From contig NC_087437.1 in the NCBI RefSeq assembly GCF_036321535.1, positions 40,426,001 through 40,490,000 of the forward strand: a DNA stretch of 64,000 nt. Reading direction: 5' to 3'. This document shows positions 14,501 through 29,500 of this stretch, piece after piece. The DNA is from Camelus dromedarius (Eukaryota). A program made the translations under genes and the position numbers. The notes under the pieces were generated by a model. That model was not told the DNA's origin. It saw only the letters and a program-made list of their open reading frames with translations, and did not search any database. Every line of letters starts with the position of its first letter. The stretch's first letter is position 1.

Positions 14501-17500
14501 GAAAAAAGAAAAAAAGAAAAAAAACCTTCTAGTGAGGGGCATCTGCTGAAGCAGTGATTAATTTGGCAGAGTGGTGGGGATGCTGATTCAGAGGTAATTA
14601 GACAAGTGTGTTTTTATCAACCAGTTCAAAATCTATCTATGTAGCATTCTTTTACTAGATATTACTTTTCTTCCAAAGATCAGCATTTTTTCTTAAACTA
14701 CTGAAACACCCTCTTAAGATTAATGCTGCCACAAGTTTTTCAAACACCTACTATAGTACCTTTTAAGGAATCAAAGTTTGATCATGCATAGTACTCTGAT
14801 TTTTAAAAAATAATGAAAAAATTGTAAAGGATAAAAAGAGGCAAATACAAATAGACTCCAAAATAATCCATCAAAAAATACTATAAAATATACTTTTCAT
14901 TCCTTATAGGTAAGCTTATTTATACATACTTTTTTTCTAAATTTCCCATGTAAAGGCAAAATAAGTTAATGAATAAAAAAAATAAACATCTGTCACAGAC
15001 ATCTGGCACCATCAGCATAAAAAATCTAAGCACAACAAACTAAAATATTGAATAAAAGCAAAGACGTGAAGATTTTGCTCATAAGATCATTTGGAAACTG
15101 CATATCACAATTTCTCTTTAGCTCATAACTACAGCTATTCTAGAACTTTCAGTGTGCCAAACTTACCTCAGTAAAATAATTAGCTCCATCTGTCTCCCTT
15201 TTCTAAATTGTGGAACATTTATTAGTAATCAATTATGAACTCTCACCAAATCTTACTTATGATACTCAGATGTCAACTAAAAAATCTTAGTTTTATAAAT
15301 ACATCCTTTAAAAAACATACTGGTTTTACTTTGATAATTCACATTTATTTTTGAAAATTTCACATTTCTTAAGAAGTAGTATTTTTCTACTTTTAAATAC
15401 TTGAAACCAGGAAATTGTGAAGGAATGTATAATTTGTGAAGAAATATGATGATTAAAAAAACAGATTTGATTAAAGGTAAAAAAGAAAAATACAGCAATT
15501 TAATAAATAGGCTATAGTCCTCAAAGGTAAAAGATAAGAAAGATAACATGGAACATCTATAGGAAGTATGATCATATCAGTGATAGCAGAGAAAGTTTTT
15601 TTTTTGTGGGAAAAAAAAAAAAAATCCCAAAATGAGACAACAAATTAAAAGAAAAACTTTGAGAGGAAGGCAGGAAGTAACAAGAACTGAAATATTTTTA
15701 GCTTTTTAAATGTTATTATGTTTTTGATATTTCTATCCCAAACATACTCCTCTACGGTTTGCCCTAACAAAAACAATTAGAAAAATATAGAGAAATTTCA
15801 GATTTTACTTGTTAAAAACCAATTTATCGAACTAGAAAATGAGAATATAAAATCAAATTAAATATGATTTCTATGAAGGTACTGTTCACTTTGAATCCTG
15901 TGTTTTTATAATAACCATAGTAAACTCTTCAAAAATCCATTAAAAGAAAACATAGACATAATTGAAATACAAACATTTCTAGATGTGAATTATTTTTCAT
16001 CAAGTTCTGTTTTTAATAAAAGTGAGTAGGAAGTAGAATTCAATCTCTTCATGCCTATTAAGATCAGTCAGAATGACAAGAATAAAGAATCTGTAAATCT
16101 GCATCCCTGGAACCAAAATGTTTCCCATTAAGGAATAGACAGACTTTGAAACTCCTTTCCTTTCTAAGCTAATGGTCATTAGGCCCTTAAGTGATAAAAT
16201 CTCTTTAGTGGGGTTTGATATAAAACTTCCTTTGGGCAGACTGTTTTTTCCTCAGTTACATAATAATTATGAATTTGATCATTCTAATGAACATTCAGAG
16301 ACCTTATTTCAATTTGTATTGTAAATTCTTTTATAAATTTTAAAAGTCATTTATAGAATGTTTAAAAGAAAATAATTTTTCAGGTTAATTTTGCTTTCTA
16401 GGCAATATGTACCATTTTTAGAAGTTTATTTTGATAAATTTCACCACAATCTCAACTATTCAAAACTTTTACTCCTCCCAGTAGACTTTTTCAGCCTCAG
16501 TATTCAGTTCATCCACTGAGATTTTCTTAGCTTCTTAAATGAGAAATATTTTAAGTCTATGTTCTCCTTTAGCAGAAATTAAAAAATCAGTTTAATAATC
16601 TTAAAAGATGGCCTTCAGTTAATGTTTTTTGCGAAGTTGAATTATTCCCTAGACTGTTTCTTATAAAATTTTAATTACAAAATATAATTTTACTGGAAAA
16701 TGACATCATACAAGCATACCTCCACTGTGAAACAAAGCCCTTAAAAGCCTAGAAGTTCAGAATGCACACAACCAAAAAGGTTAGCTAGATAAACCATACG
16801 TTTAAGAACATACAAGCCAACAGAAGGGATCTATGAAGGATAATCACCTTAAGAGAAAAAACTTTGTGCAGATGACACTGGTTCAAATGCATTCCCTTGG
16901 GGAAAAAAAATCAACTCTGTAAAGATAGCAGATGGATTTGTTTAAATAGTAATAAAATTAACGAGGGACTTTTAATAACCATCACAAATTATCAAGCATG
17001 CAACCATACTACAACAAACGGCATTTTTTTGTGTGCGTGCCCATACAGCATGTTTGTCAGACACTGACAGATGGAAATTCCAAGCTTTTTAAATTCATAG
17101 GCATTTAGATCTAGCAATAAAACATAATGTGGGAGAAAATCATTTTTACTTTCAGTTCAGCAAGAAAGTCAAAGAGCTTCCAAGGGCTTACCACTGGTGG
17201 ATCAACAGGTGCTGGTGGTTGTACTTGTAGGTTTACCGCAACAGTCTGTGGAGGAGGAAGAGTCTGAAATGGCAACTGGACCAAAGCTTCTGCAGCTGGA
17301 AGCTCCTCTTCTGACACCAAAGCATTCTGCACCAAAACCTGGCCCTGGGATAGAATTTCAGGCTGCACTTGTAAAGACTGCATAGACTGCAAGGGCAGTG
17401 ATGGAATCTGAGCAGGAGGAGATGTCGACATCTGTGGAGGGGTTGCAATCGGGATTGGAGAAGACTGCAGGGTTGAATACTGCTGGTGTGATGTTGGAGA

Positions 17501-20500
17501 AACAATCTGCTGACCTGGGGACACCAAGGCAGACTGCTGAACTGGGCCAATGTGTACAACAGGGGAAGCTGGAAGTGGAAGATGGGACGGAAGATTCAGC
17601 TGTGCTGTAGGTTGCACCTGATTAGCAGGTGGCTGCTGCAAGTTTGACCCTGGCTGGAGAGCTGATGACACAAGAGGATGTGGCTGAATAAGTGCTTGTG
17701 GGTGAATAATTATAGTAGGAGACTGACTTGGTGAATGGGGTGGTGGGGGAGACACCACTACAGACTGCTGTGCTGACTGTGACTGGCTGGGAGACATTGT
17801 TAAGGGAGGGGGATGACTCTGAATTGGTGAGCAGTGCTGTGACTGGGCACTGCTGGGAGCTGGAGGAAGGCCATGGTTTTGGAGTGGTATACAGTGCTGA
17901 GATGGGGGTGGGTCTTGAGTTGGATTCTGAAGTGTGATTGGCTGAATTTGCTGTTGCTGCTGCTGTAGTATCAGCTGATGATGGGAAACTTTGGGAGGTG
18001 GTGAATGAAGAGGAATCTGCTGATGTTTTATTAGAGGATGAGGCTGAATTGGAGGATATGAAGCTGTGAGAGAAAAAAACGACAATTAGTATTTATTTCA
18101 AAAATACCATCATATAAATTTTAAAATAAATCTAAAGGAGGAAAGATTTCACATCAGAAGGTCATAATCATCAGAAACCAATTACAAGTCTTCCCAACAA
18201 GAGTGACTTGAAAATGTAACGACAAACAACTTTTCCTTGGAAAACTACATAATTTCATAAAATACTGTGATAAGTTCCAAAAGAAATTTGCCTCAAACAA
18301 TTGATTCATACATGATTTATTCTTACTAAATTTTATAGGTCACCAGAATATTTCCATTAACTTTTAACAAAGTTTATCCACTTGAATTCCTTCTCTGGGA
18401 AGAAGAGGAATACAACTGAACAAGTATAATACACATAAAGATAACTTCAAAATCATAAAACAAAGGTCCCATCCTTTCTAATTCATGTCTAAAAAATCTT
18501 CCAACTAACAGTAAAAGTAATTACTGATAAAGCTTCCCAAATAAGTTTCCAAATTTGAACCAAGATAAACAGTTGGTATTATTTGACCCAGAAGAGAAAA
18601 TGTTTTGTATAAAAGTTAATTCAGTTAAGCAAAATATATGTGTGAATCCTACAGCACGGTTAAATAATCACAGTAACTACAAAATGAAATTTCAATGGCC
18701 ATTCCAAATCTAGGAGAGCACTAGTTTCGTTTGCAGAGAGAATGAGGCAATCAGAAGTCCATGCTGTCTAAATAAAGGATCTTGTTTTACTTGGCCTCCC
18801 ACCCCTGCCCCACCACATTCCCCCGCCCACAAAACCCTACAGTAATCTCTAAGTGATAGTATCAGTTTTCTCCATAGGGGAGCCACTCAATAGGAAAAAA
18901 TAAATATAAGAATTAGCAAAATCAGTAACAAGCAGTTTCGCCATCATTATGCCTCTTCTACATACTGCATATGATTACACAGAGGGAATGCTGGAGAAAT
19001 CCTAAGTAAGAATGGAAACTGGGTTCACTAGAAGATAAACTGGAAAGATTGCTTAATATTCATATCATGTAACAATTACCACATTTAAAACAGATCTCAG
19101 GACAGGCCAATTTTTTTCCTTAATCTCAAAAAGTTAAGATAAAGACTGTAACGCCTTGTATCTATTTTTATATTCAACTACATTTGTGACAAAGACCTTA
19201 TCAAAACTTCTAACAACTCTTTTTTAACCTTTTTGTGTTTGGTTGGTTATTATTTAGAATTCCAGAGATACTTTAAGGAAATTAGCATCTGATTAAATAA
19301 CATCTTAAGAAAGTGGCATTTAAAGGTTCAAATATCCACCAAAAAAAAGGAAATCGGACCTAAAATTTCAGCTAACAAAATAATTTTCATATAACTAGAC
19401 TAGCACTTTAAACTAAAAGTGAAAATTTTACATCAGCACGTTATAAATGTGTTGATAAAGACTCTATATTACAGAGTATTCAATAAAATCTTGCATTTCT
19501 ATAGAGTACCTTTCCACCAAGGGGCTAAGCTTAAGATGCCTTCACATCTCTCTCCTTTGCACTCACAAAATGCCTATGGAGTAGGTAGTATTATTCCCCT
19601 TCTACAGATAAGGAAATAGAGGTTTTGCAAGCATAACAGCAAAGGCCCACTTTAATTCAATCTTTAAGTTATAATTAAAATTCAACCATATTCTTGAAGT
19701 ACACTGGAGATTATATTCACGGGAATAAAAAGACTTTCTGTGCTGCAGCAAGTAAGCAATCTTTGCTTACATTCTAGAGCTGGTAATCCAATAAAGTAAG
19801 TCTATCCTTTCACCTAAATAAAATTTTTGTTGAGAAATTAAAATGAATCTATCTGTTTTATATTAGTCCAGAAGTCCCACTGACAAGCACATACACTACA
19901 GAATAATTGTGAGGACATCTGAAACAATACTCCTGTATAAGAAAAGCCCTAGTGCTTTGGAGAATCATATGATGTCAGTTAATTTCTCTGATTTTAACAA
20001 ACATTTCATTGTCAGGGTGGCCTTTTAACTGGAGAATTAATGATTGGCATCATCTCTCGTATATGTAGTAGTTTTTATTTAATTATTGTCAATAATTAAA
20101 TATATTATTGTAAATAATTATATTATTTCATTGTAGTAGTTACTACAACCCTATGAGGTAGATAGGATACTATACTAATCCAGTATATTTCAGGTGAAGA
20201 AACTTAAAGAGTATTTAAGTGACTTGTCTGAAATCACCTGGTTATTGAGAGGTAGTGCTAGGTGTAAAAGAACACATAACCCTAGCCACCTCTGGGTTCC
20301 TATTGAGGTCTGAACGTTTATGTCCCCAGATTCATATGTTGAAGCCCTAACCCTTAATGTGACTGTATTTGCTAATGGGGCCTCCATGGAAGTAATTAAG
20401 GTAAACCGAGGTCAGAAGGGTGAGGCCTTGACCCAGCAGGATTAGTGACCTTATGAGAAGAGACACCAAAGAGCTCACTATCCTCTCTTCTCCTTGCATT

Positions 20501-23500
20501 CAGATGAAAGACCATGTAAGGACACAGCAAGAAGGCAGCCATCTGCAAGCCAGGAAGAGAGAGCTCTCACCAAAAATCAAATACTGTCAGTTCTTGATCC
20601 TGGGCTTTCCATCCTCCAGAACTGTGAGAAAATGTAGTTTTTGTTGTCAAAGCTACTCAGAATATGGCATTTTTTATGGCAGCCTAAGCAGACTAATCAG
20701 CTTCTCACTCTATATTGAGTTAACGTCTGCAAAAAATGGTACATGCTTTTTCCAATGAGATTAATTTCATAAAAGCTCTAAAAACTGCTATAAGAAAACT
20801 CGAGCTCTAATGTAATTCATAACTTCCAGACATTTGGTTAACGTCTAGCTTTATTTTAAATATTAAAAACAGAATTATTAAATACCATGTGAGAATTCCA
20901 CCAAGAAGAAATGATGAAGAAAACCAAAATGATTTTAGCACCTTAGAAATACACCTAAGGAAATAATAATCATGTCCATTATAATAATTATTAGACTGTA
21001 CTACATTAGAACACAAGTAGATATTTTTTTTTAGTTTGAAAGTAACCTGTAGAAGCAAGCATTTTTATAATCAAAGAAAAGACCAAATTACCAATTCAAG
21101 AATCTCAAAAAAAAAAATCTTAACTTTAGGCTAACTTCCCACCAACAAGAGAAGAAAAACTCCTTGTTTTCTGGAAAAATATAACTGCTGCCCTGCCAGA
21201 AGATATAAATTGCTTTGACTAACTTCAGTGTAAGACCTGAATGAATTTAAAAGTTCAGTAATTGCAAAGGTTTATGTGGCTTAGGGTATTCCATTTGGTT
21301 TTGTTTCTAATCAACACCACCACAGAAAACTGGAGTTTGGTTAATACACATTAAGATCTGAATCCGGAATTCCAATTGTCCTGAGACTCTGCTGGTTTTC
21401 TCCTTCATACCTACATAAAATAGTGGCCATCAGAGGAAGGCAACTTTAAGGATATTATCACACTATCAATAAAAGAGGGAAGAGTAAGTGTCAATTTAGG
21501 ACCCAATATTGAGAGTTCAGGGGGACTCAAAGTCTAAAAGTAGATCTCCTTGCTTGAATAACCCTGAAAGAGTTCCTACCTTTTCTCTTTGGAAGGAAAT
21601 CTACCTATCCGCCATCATAATTTGTTAAAACTATAGAAATCACTAGAAATTGTCCCCTGAGCAGTCATTCCAAGAACAGTGGGTCACTGCTCCTCCACAG
21701 TGACTCCTCCTATCAACACTGACCAGAGGCTGGTTTGAGGCTAAGAATGCTCTGGACAATACAGTACAAAAATCCTGTTAACAAGCCATACAGCTAGCAG
21801 GACCTGGCACACAAATATTTATAAAAAAGCATTCACATCTAACCATATTCTGAATTAATTTATTAATTTGTAACAAAGCTTACACTTAGCTAAGATTCAG
21901 ATTTAAGAATTCTAAGCAGTGATAATCAGTACAAATGGAAAAAAATTGTGCTATAACTTGCAAAATTCAAATGGAAAAAAAATCAACTATTAATCCAACA
22001 AATACTTACTGTCTACCTATTATAGATGTAAGTACACATAAGGCACAACTTGGTGTTGTCAAGATAAAAGGGTGAAAAAGTGAGTATGAAAAAGAATTAA
22101 AAGATTTAATCAATGTAAAGTCCCTGACATGTAAGTGCTACATACTACTATCCTACCCTCAAAGAGTTTAGTTACTGCCTAGTAGAAAAGCTATGATCAG
22201 TAAGTATATAAATAATTATAAAAGAAACAATACCATAAAGAAGCATAAAAATGCTAATACAAGTGTTGGGCGATACAGAGAATGTTGGCAATATTAGCAG
22301 AGAGGAAATATGAAGAGAAACAGGTTTAGATGGAGAATAAACAAACTTCAGTAGTGTAAAATGAATCTTTAAAAAGTAATACATAATTATATAAGGATAG
22401 AAAGAAGATGCTTACCTGATGAGGTTGGAACAAAGGAAGTTTGTTTTTTTTTAATGTAACATGTGAGGTATCTAGCTCATTACACGACACACACACACAC
22501 ACACTTTCAATAAACAGTAGTTATACTGATATAAAAATGTATGCAGATATATTAAAAAACAGGAGTGGTCTAAGCATGCTTGAGAAGCAAAGAAAAGGAT
22601 CCAACATGAGGGAAACAAAAGATGCTATTAACAACTATGAAAGAAGGTCAAGATGCTATAGTAACTATGAGAGAACATCAGGAGCCAGGAAAAAAGATGC
22701 AGTCAGTGACATAAGGAAACAGTGCTAACTTTAAAGAAGAAAGCAGGTAATTCCTTATTTTTTTTAGAAGTGAAGGAAGCTCAACACTGAGAAATTCTGA
22801 GATGAACAGAAGAGATGGTAAGGAAACTCATTCTGCACAGCCCCAGTATTTTCAGCATGAGACCCCTAGGAAGCAAGATTATTTGTAAATGGCAGAGGGA
22901 TTCAAAGGTTGATGAGAATGAGAACAACTTAGCTGATTCCCTGACAGCGTCCTCTCAGAAATGAAATCAAAGGTGGAAAAAAAGCAACATGGTAAGGAAA
23001 ATAAGCATAATCCTTACTTTTGGAAAGTGATAAATTCGTCCCACTAATAACAACGTTAAAGAAAAATATACACTTGCTTTTTAAAAAAACTTTTAATTCT
23101 GTTCCACTAAAGCATATTAAATAAACCACAGGCAAAAAAATTTTTAAAGCTACAAGGTTTTATCGATATAACAGGAAACCAGCACATAATGAAGATGTTA
23201 ATTAAATGTCAACTGACCAAAAAAATCTATTTTACTATCACAATTTGTTTTCGCTAGTAGGCTCTTTTGTCTTTTTTCAAGCTACAATATTAAATGTTCT
23301 TATTTTTAATTTATAAAATTCATTTTTTAAGTGTTTTAAAAGTATTCCTGTTCAAGTAATGGACATCTTTTGTTTTGCTCTGCCTGCTAAGAAAATGAGT
23401 AATACAACTATTTTCAACAAAACCTTTATCCCACCTGGTGCTATTAACTGGTGAATACTTGACGTCCGGGTGACAGCTGTGCTTCGTGATTCCAGACTTG

Positions 23501-26500
23501 GACTTTCTCCTTTCTTATTACTTTCTGGAGAAGGATCTCGTTGGCTGATTTTAGAACTGGTCACTGTTGTTTTGTTATGACAAATTGTCAATGACTGAGT
23601 TTGACTAGTGCTTTTTGGTGGACCATTCTGTGAGCTAGATAATACACCCAACTTCTGGCTGCGTAACGTTAAATTCTGAACCTAAGAACCACATAAAAAA
23701 AATAAGGATGAAATAGATGCCATTAATTGATGTAGTAATCACTACCATTATAACAACAATGACAACACATTTATATTATGCTCTTCATACATAAAGGTCT
23801 AAGCACTTGAAACAACCAATTAATCCTGAAGGAAAGGAGAGTTATTATTTTAAGTAATCATACCTTAAACACTGTGGCAATTTTTTTAAAAAGACGTTAA
23901 GGGAAAGAGAATCATTAAGAAGTAAATGAAAACAGAATATACATATAAAAACAAATAAACTATGAATATGAGGAAATTACTCTGCAACATACAGCACTTT
24001 GAAGTTACCAGGTCAGAGAAAGCTAAGAAGGAGAAAGAGGAAGAGCATCCCAGGCAAAGGGGAAAACCTGAGCAAAGCCACAGAGGCGGGAGAGCCCAGG
24101 GTGTGGAGGGAAGAAAGAGCACTTCCCGCACCTTCACTGAGTTCTCCATGCCAGGACTGTGAAACATTTTTAGGTTACAAGTACCTCATGAACTTGTGAG
24201 AAATTACTACACACAATTAGGAGAGTGTGGATACAATATTGCTGCCTTAATAACGACGAGATAGATTTTTTTTTAAAAGTTACCAGCTCTACAGATATTG
24301 TAAGGGAACACTAATCTCCTGAGTAAGAAAACTAATTCACGAAATCACCTACCCCACTGTGATAATTAAGAAAAGCATTTCCCATTAACTAACTTTAAAA
24401 AGTTAATGAGATTTTGTTGTGGTGGTTATGAAACATTTGCGTTTGAGAACTAGGTCTGAACTAAAAAACTGTGCACGGCCTTGGAAACGGTTCACGTGAT
24501 GGCTCCTGTCCACATCAGGGCTATTCTAAATACACTGTCAGTCTGGATGGTGGAAAGGATCATCCCAATTACTCTCACCTGAGGTTTATAACATTTTCAA
24601 AAATGCCTCTCCAGTAGCTGCCTAACCTTTAGCCTCTCTGGAATGAATGCACCAAATACATTTATGCTAGCACTGGCCTTGGGAGGGAAACTGAAGTAAA
24701 AGAGATTCTAAAGTGACAAGTATATTGCTACTTTATGAATGTTCTTCAGTTCCATGTGTGTTCTGTCTCTACAATCGTATCATTAACTGATGCTCTATAC
24801 TTTCTCTTAAGTGCCAATGGAGTGTTCAGCCAACAGCAGATGCTAAACAAATGTTTACTTCAGGGCAGTGGAGGTTTTAATCAGTTCTATTCTAAGCTAC
24901 TGAAAGAATTTTCTAAGTGAAGCCATATGGAGCATCTTCTCTGATTTTTGTCAAATATTTCATGGCAGTATAAATGGACTAACTACTGCTGTATTATTGA
25001 GATTTAATGCAAAAATAAAATATGCTAAAATCTAGATTTCTCAGCTTGCCACTCAAAGCCTTCCATACCCAAGGCCCAAACTGCAACAAGCTCCCTTTTC
25101 CACTACTCTAGTCCACAATCCTCATATTCTAGCCAGACTGTCCTGCTCACCCTTTTCCAAACATGCCTGCGCTTCTTTCATTTAGAGCCCTTGCTCCAAT
25201 TCCTCTTGCCTAAAATGCCATACCTTCTTCAACACTGTCTCCTAAGCCCAACACATTGCTCAAGACCAGTAAAAATTCTATTCTCCTGAAGAAACCTCCC
25301 CAAAGCCCCTGGTTAGAAATAATTTCTCCTCCACTCTATGCTTTTCCCACAGAACTTGGATCATACTAACCTATACCACTGACAAACCTCTAGTTTGTTT
25401 TAGAATTACTACTGTCTGCGCTTGTGGAATACTGGGACTCTAGCTGGCAGGCCCTCATCTCTGACATTCATGTCTGTACTCCCTGCAGTTCTGGTGGCAG
25501 ACATAACAGAAACCACACAAGACTGAGGTATTCTCCTATATCTGATTCTGAAATATGTGTTACATGGCTTTTGTTGCTGCTGTTAAGTATTTCATTCTAT
25601 TCACAGTTTTTCAGGCTAACATTAAAGTCTGTTCACGTTTAACCAAAAAATCTCAACAAATGTCTAGCAGAGGCATATTATCATCTCACAGAAAGCATGA
25701 GAAAAACAGCATAATTTGTTTTTAATGGAAGTACTGAGGATGGAACCAGGACCTCCTGCATGCTAGGCATGCATTCTTCCACTGAGCTATACCCACCCCC
25801 ACCTAAAAAAAAACAGTATAAAATTTAACATCTCCCAAAAATAATGTATAAAGTGGACCACATAATAATGATAAGCAAAGGCTGAATTATAATCTGAGTA
25901 ACTTAAAAATTTCCTTCAAAGCATATTCACAGCAAATGAAGATTTGACACAATGAACCCTTAAACCTGCAGCAGTCCATTTCTCCAGAATAATATAGTTT
26001 TTTCTAATTTTCCTTTTGTTTTCTGGAATTCTGAAAGAAAATGTATGTGTGTATATTATACACTACATATTATATGAATAGATACATTTTAGAATATGAC
26101 TTTACTATATATGGTCATCTTGGCTTCAATATTTATAATAAATTTCAAGCATGTAAACTATACTCCTAAAGTATATATACACAGTTAATTTACCTGTTAA
26201 TAGAAACAACACAGGTTCAGATTTCCTTGACAGAGCTTCACTTTTGAAAAGAATCTATCTTTTCTAAGATAAAGAACATTATCGCATTCAATGTCCAACC
26301 TTAATTTCATCTGAACTTTTCCTATGATCAATTTGTGGAAACATTCTGGCTTTTGTAAAAGTCTAGATTTCACATGAAATTTTTTTTTAATTTCATTTTT
26401 ATGTACCAAATAATCTCACATCAATTATTTAATTTGTATGTAACAAATCATGTGTGAATTATCGTAGCATCCCTTGTTTGCAGATGAGAAAATTAAGAGT

Positions 26501-29500
26501 TAATGTCACATTGCTGGTGGTAGAACTCAATTTCTAGCTTTTAAATCTAAAAGGTTGTTTTCTCCTCAATTCTAAAGGCATTCCCCAGATACCCTTGGTA
26601 AGATTTCATACTTTTCTACAACATACTTTTAGTCTTAGCATATCTTCCTGAAAGTTAGATTTTTTTTTTTTTCATGGTAGGAAGAAGAGATGAAGCATTT
26701 AAAATAGTAAATAAGGGTAAGATATTCCAAATTTCTCTTTTTTGACAATATGTTATAAACTTTAACAGTAAGGAAAAATCAACAGTTATATTGACTTTTG
26801 TCAGTTAAAGAGTATTAAAATAAAACTTCAACTTGTTATTTCTCAATTACAAACAAATTGTTTTGAAAACTTTAAGTATCTATTTAAAAGTTAACAAAGC
26901 GGAGCACAGATTTTTCAAAACTAAAGCCTTGAACTCGAAGAAAGTTACCACTGGAATATTCAAAGTATTAGCATGACCCACCACTGCCAGCCTCAGTCAA
27001 GGCCATTTCTAAAGCACAGCAAGAAAAACCATTAATACAGAAGTTCCTAAAGATCAATCCATCCTTCTAGTTCCTCAAAGTCTATCCTTGAATAAAGTCA
27101 GATCATCACAGAGCCACATACCTGTACACATCAAACTGGACCCCAAAGAGCACTTCTACAAATTACTTTGACTATGCTCACATTAAAGATGCTATTAAAG
27201 ACAATGTAAGATGTTTTCTCCATGAAAGCCCACAAGACAGACTGTGCTCTAGAGAGCTTATTATTTGTATTTTCCTAATAACTGGTTTATTTTACCTTGG
27301 AAACTGCAAATCCTTTAAATGGTTGCGTTTCTCTCTTGACTATTAGCTACTGAAAGCTTAAGAACCAAATTCGTGACTCATCTTTAGACAGTGCATAACA
27401 AAAATAGTCATTAGTGGCATGTCATATCTTATGTGCCAGGCACTATGCTAAATGCTTTATGATCACCATCTCATTTATTCCTTATAACAACTCTGAGCTA
27501 GTACTTGCAGTTTACTTGTAAACCAATTAAAATCTTAGTTGGAACAAAGTAAAAAATAAATAAAAAATAAAATTTAAAATATTCTGGAAGTTGATAATTG
27601 TCTAGCTCTATTAGGTTTTATTAAAAAAATAACAAAAAAACAAAAAAACCAAGAGGATCATTACATTAACAAATTCGTTCCATAAAGAGATATAAAAGTT
27701 GAGAGCTGAAAAAATCTTAAAGTTAACAAAAACCAAAGGTCTCATTTTGTAAATATGGAAACCAAAATCCAAAGTTAAGGAACTGTAGAGGGTCAGAGAA
27801 CACATTAGAAAAAGCTTGAGTTTAAATGATCACCAACTTTATATGCTGATATATGAAAACTGGTATTTATTATTAAATAAAATAATAAAGGTGTTCCATG
27901 AAAAGTACCAAAGAATATTGTTGCTATCTTATTTTTTTGTTTTTGCCAGATGACTAAGATTATTAAATTAAAAATATGAAGCCAAGGGTGACCCTGACAT
28001 ATATCAATTTCTGCCATACGCAATCTAAAACATTAACCACAGAAAAATACCAAAAGGGTCTCAAAGTAATATTCTACTCAGCTGCTTTAATTTAAAATTT
28101 ACTCAATTTAATTCATTTTTATCTGCTTTACTGAGGTGTAACTTACATACAATGAAATGAATAAGCCAGTTCAGTGAGTTTTGAAACATGTTTACACCAT
28201 GTTACCACCACCCCAATCAAGATATAGAACATTTCCATCACTTATTACCCTTCCCAGTCAATCTCCCCCTCCTTCTGCCCAGGTATCACAAATCCAATTT
28301 CTTTTCACTATAGATTAGTTTGCATGTTCTGGAATTTCATATAAATGGAGTCACAGAGTATGTACTCTCTGACAATTGGCTTCTTTTACTAATTGTAACG
28401 TTTCTAAGACACATCAGTTGTTTGTTCTTTTTTATTTCTGAGTAATATTCTACAATTTGTTTATCCATTCACCAGCTAAAGGACACTGGTTATTTCCAGC
28501 TTGGGGCTATTCTGAACAAGCATTCATTTACATGTCTTTATGTAGATACATGTTTTCAAATCTCTCAGGGTAAACAAGTGGAACTGCTGGGTCACATGTT
28601 AAGCATGTTTAACCTTACAGGAAAATTGTTTTTCAAAGTGGTTGTACTATTTTATACACTTTCCCCAGCAATGTATTATGGTATGGTTGCTCCACACTCT
28701 TGCCAACATGTGGAATTTTCATTATCCTTCATTTCAGCCATTCTAAGTGTGTAGTGATACTCTTTGTGGTTTTGATTTTCATTTCTATAAAGATTAATGA
28801 TGTTGAGCATTTCTTCGTGTGCTTATTGGCCTTTTGTATATCTTTTTTCTGTGAAGTGTTCAAGTCTTTTGCCCATTTTTAATTAAACTGTTCATGATCT
28901 TATTAGTGAGTTGTAAACCTACTTTGTATACTCTGGATACAAGCCCTTTGTCAGAAATATGTGTTGTGAACATTTTCTCTCAGTCTGTGGCCTGCCTCTT
29001 TGTTTTCATAGCAATGTCTTTTGAAGAACAGTTTTTAATTTTGAAAAAGTCCAAGTTATCATTATTTTCTTTTATGGTTAATGCTTTTTGTGTCCTATCT
29101 GAGAAAGCTTTGCCAATCCCAGAGTTATAAAGCTATTCTCTGTTTTCTGCTAGAGGTTTTATAGTTTGGGTCCATATCTTTAGGTCTACATTCAACTTCT
29201 AGTTTATTCTTGTGAATGGTGGATAGAGAAAGTTAAGGTTCCTTTTTTCCATTATACCAAACAAAGTACAAACAAAAACTTGGGTAATGTTCTACTCAAT
29301 TTTTAAAATTTGAAATCTACCCAATTCATTTTTAAACTTAAAATCCATCTTGACTTGGTTATTACATAACTGCCTGCAAAGGAATGTGAAGAATAATACA
29401 TCCTACATAATAAAAGAAATAAATCTGCTTTATAGTAAAACTAAACATCATGTCATACCAAAAATGTGTTAACTTTCACTAATGTCAAATAACCTAAATA

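Noticed and set aside
17197..17937. Antisense and alternative-frame ORFs over exon 8
   Set aside because: Shadow frames of the low-complexity PHC3 exon; no independent start or splice evidence
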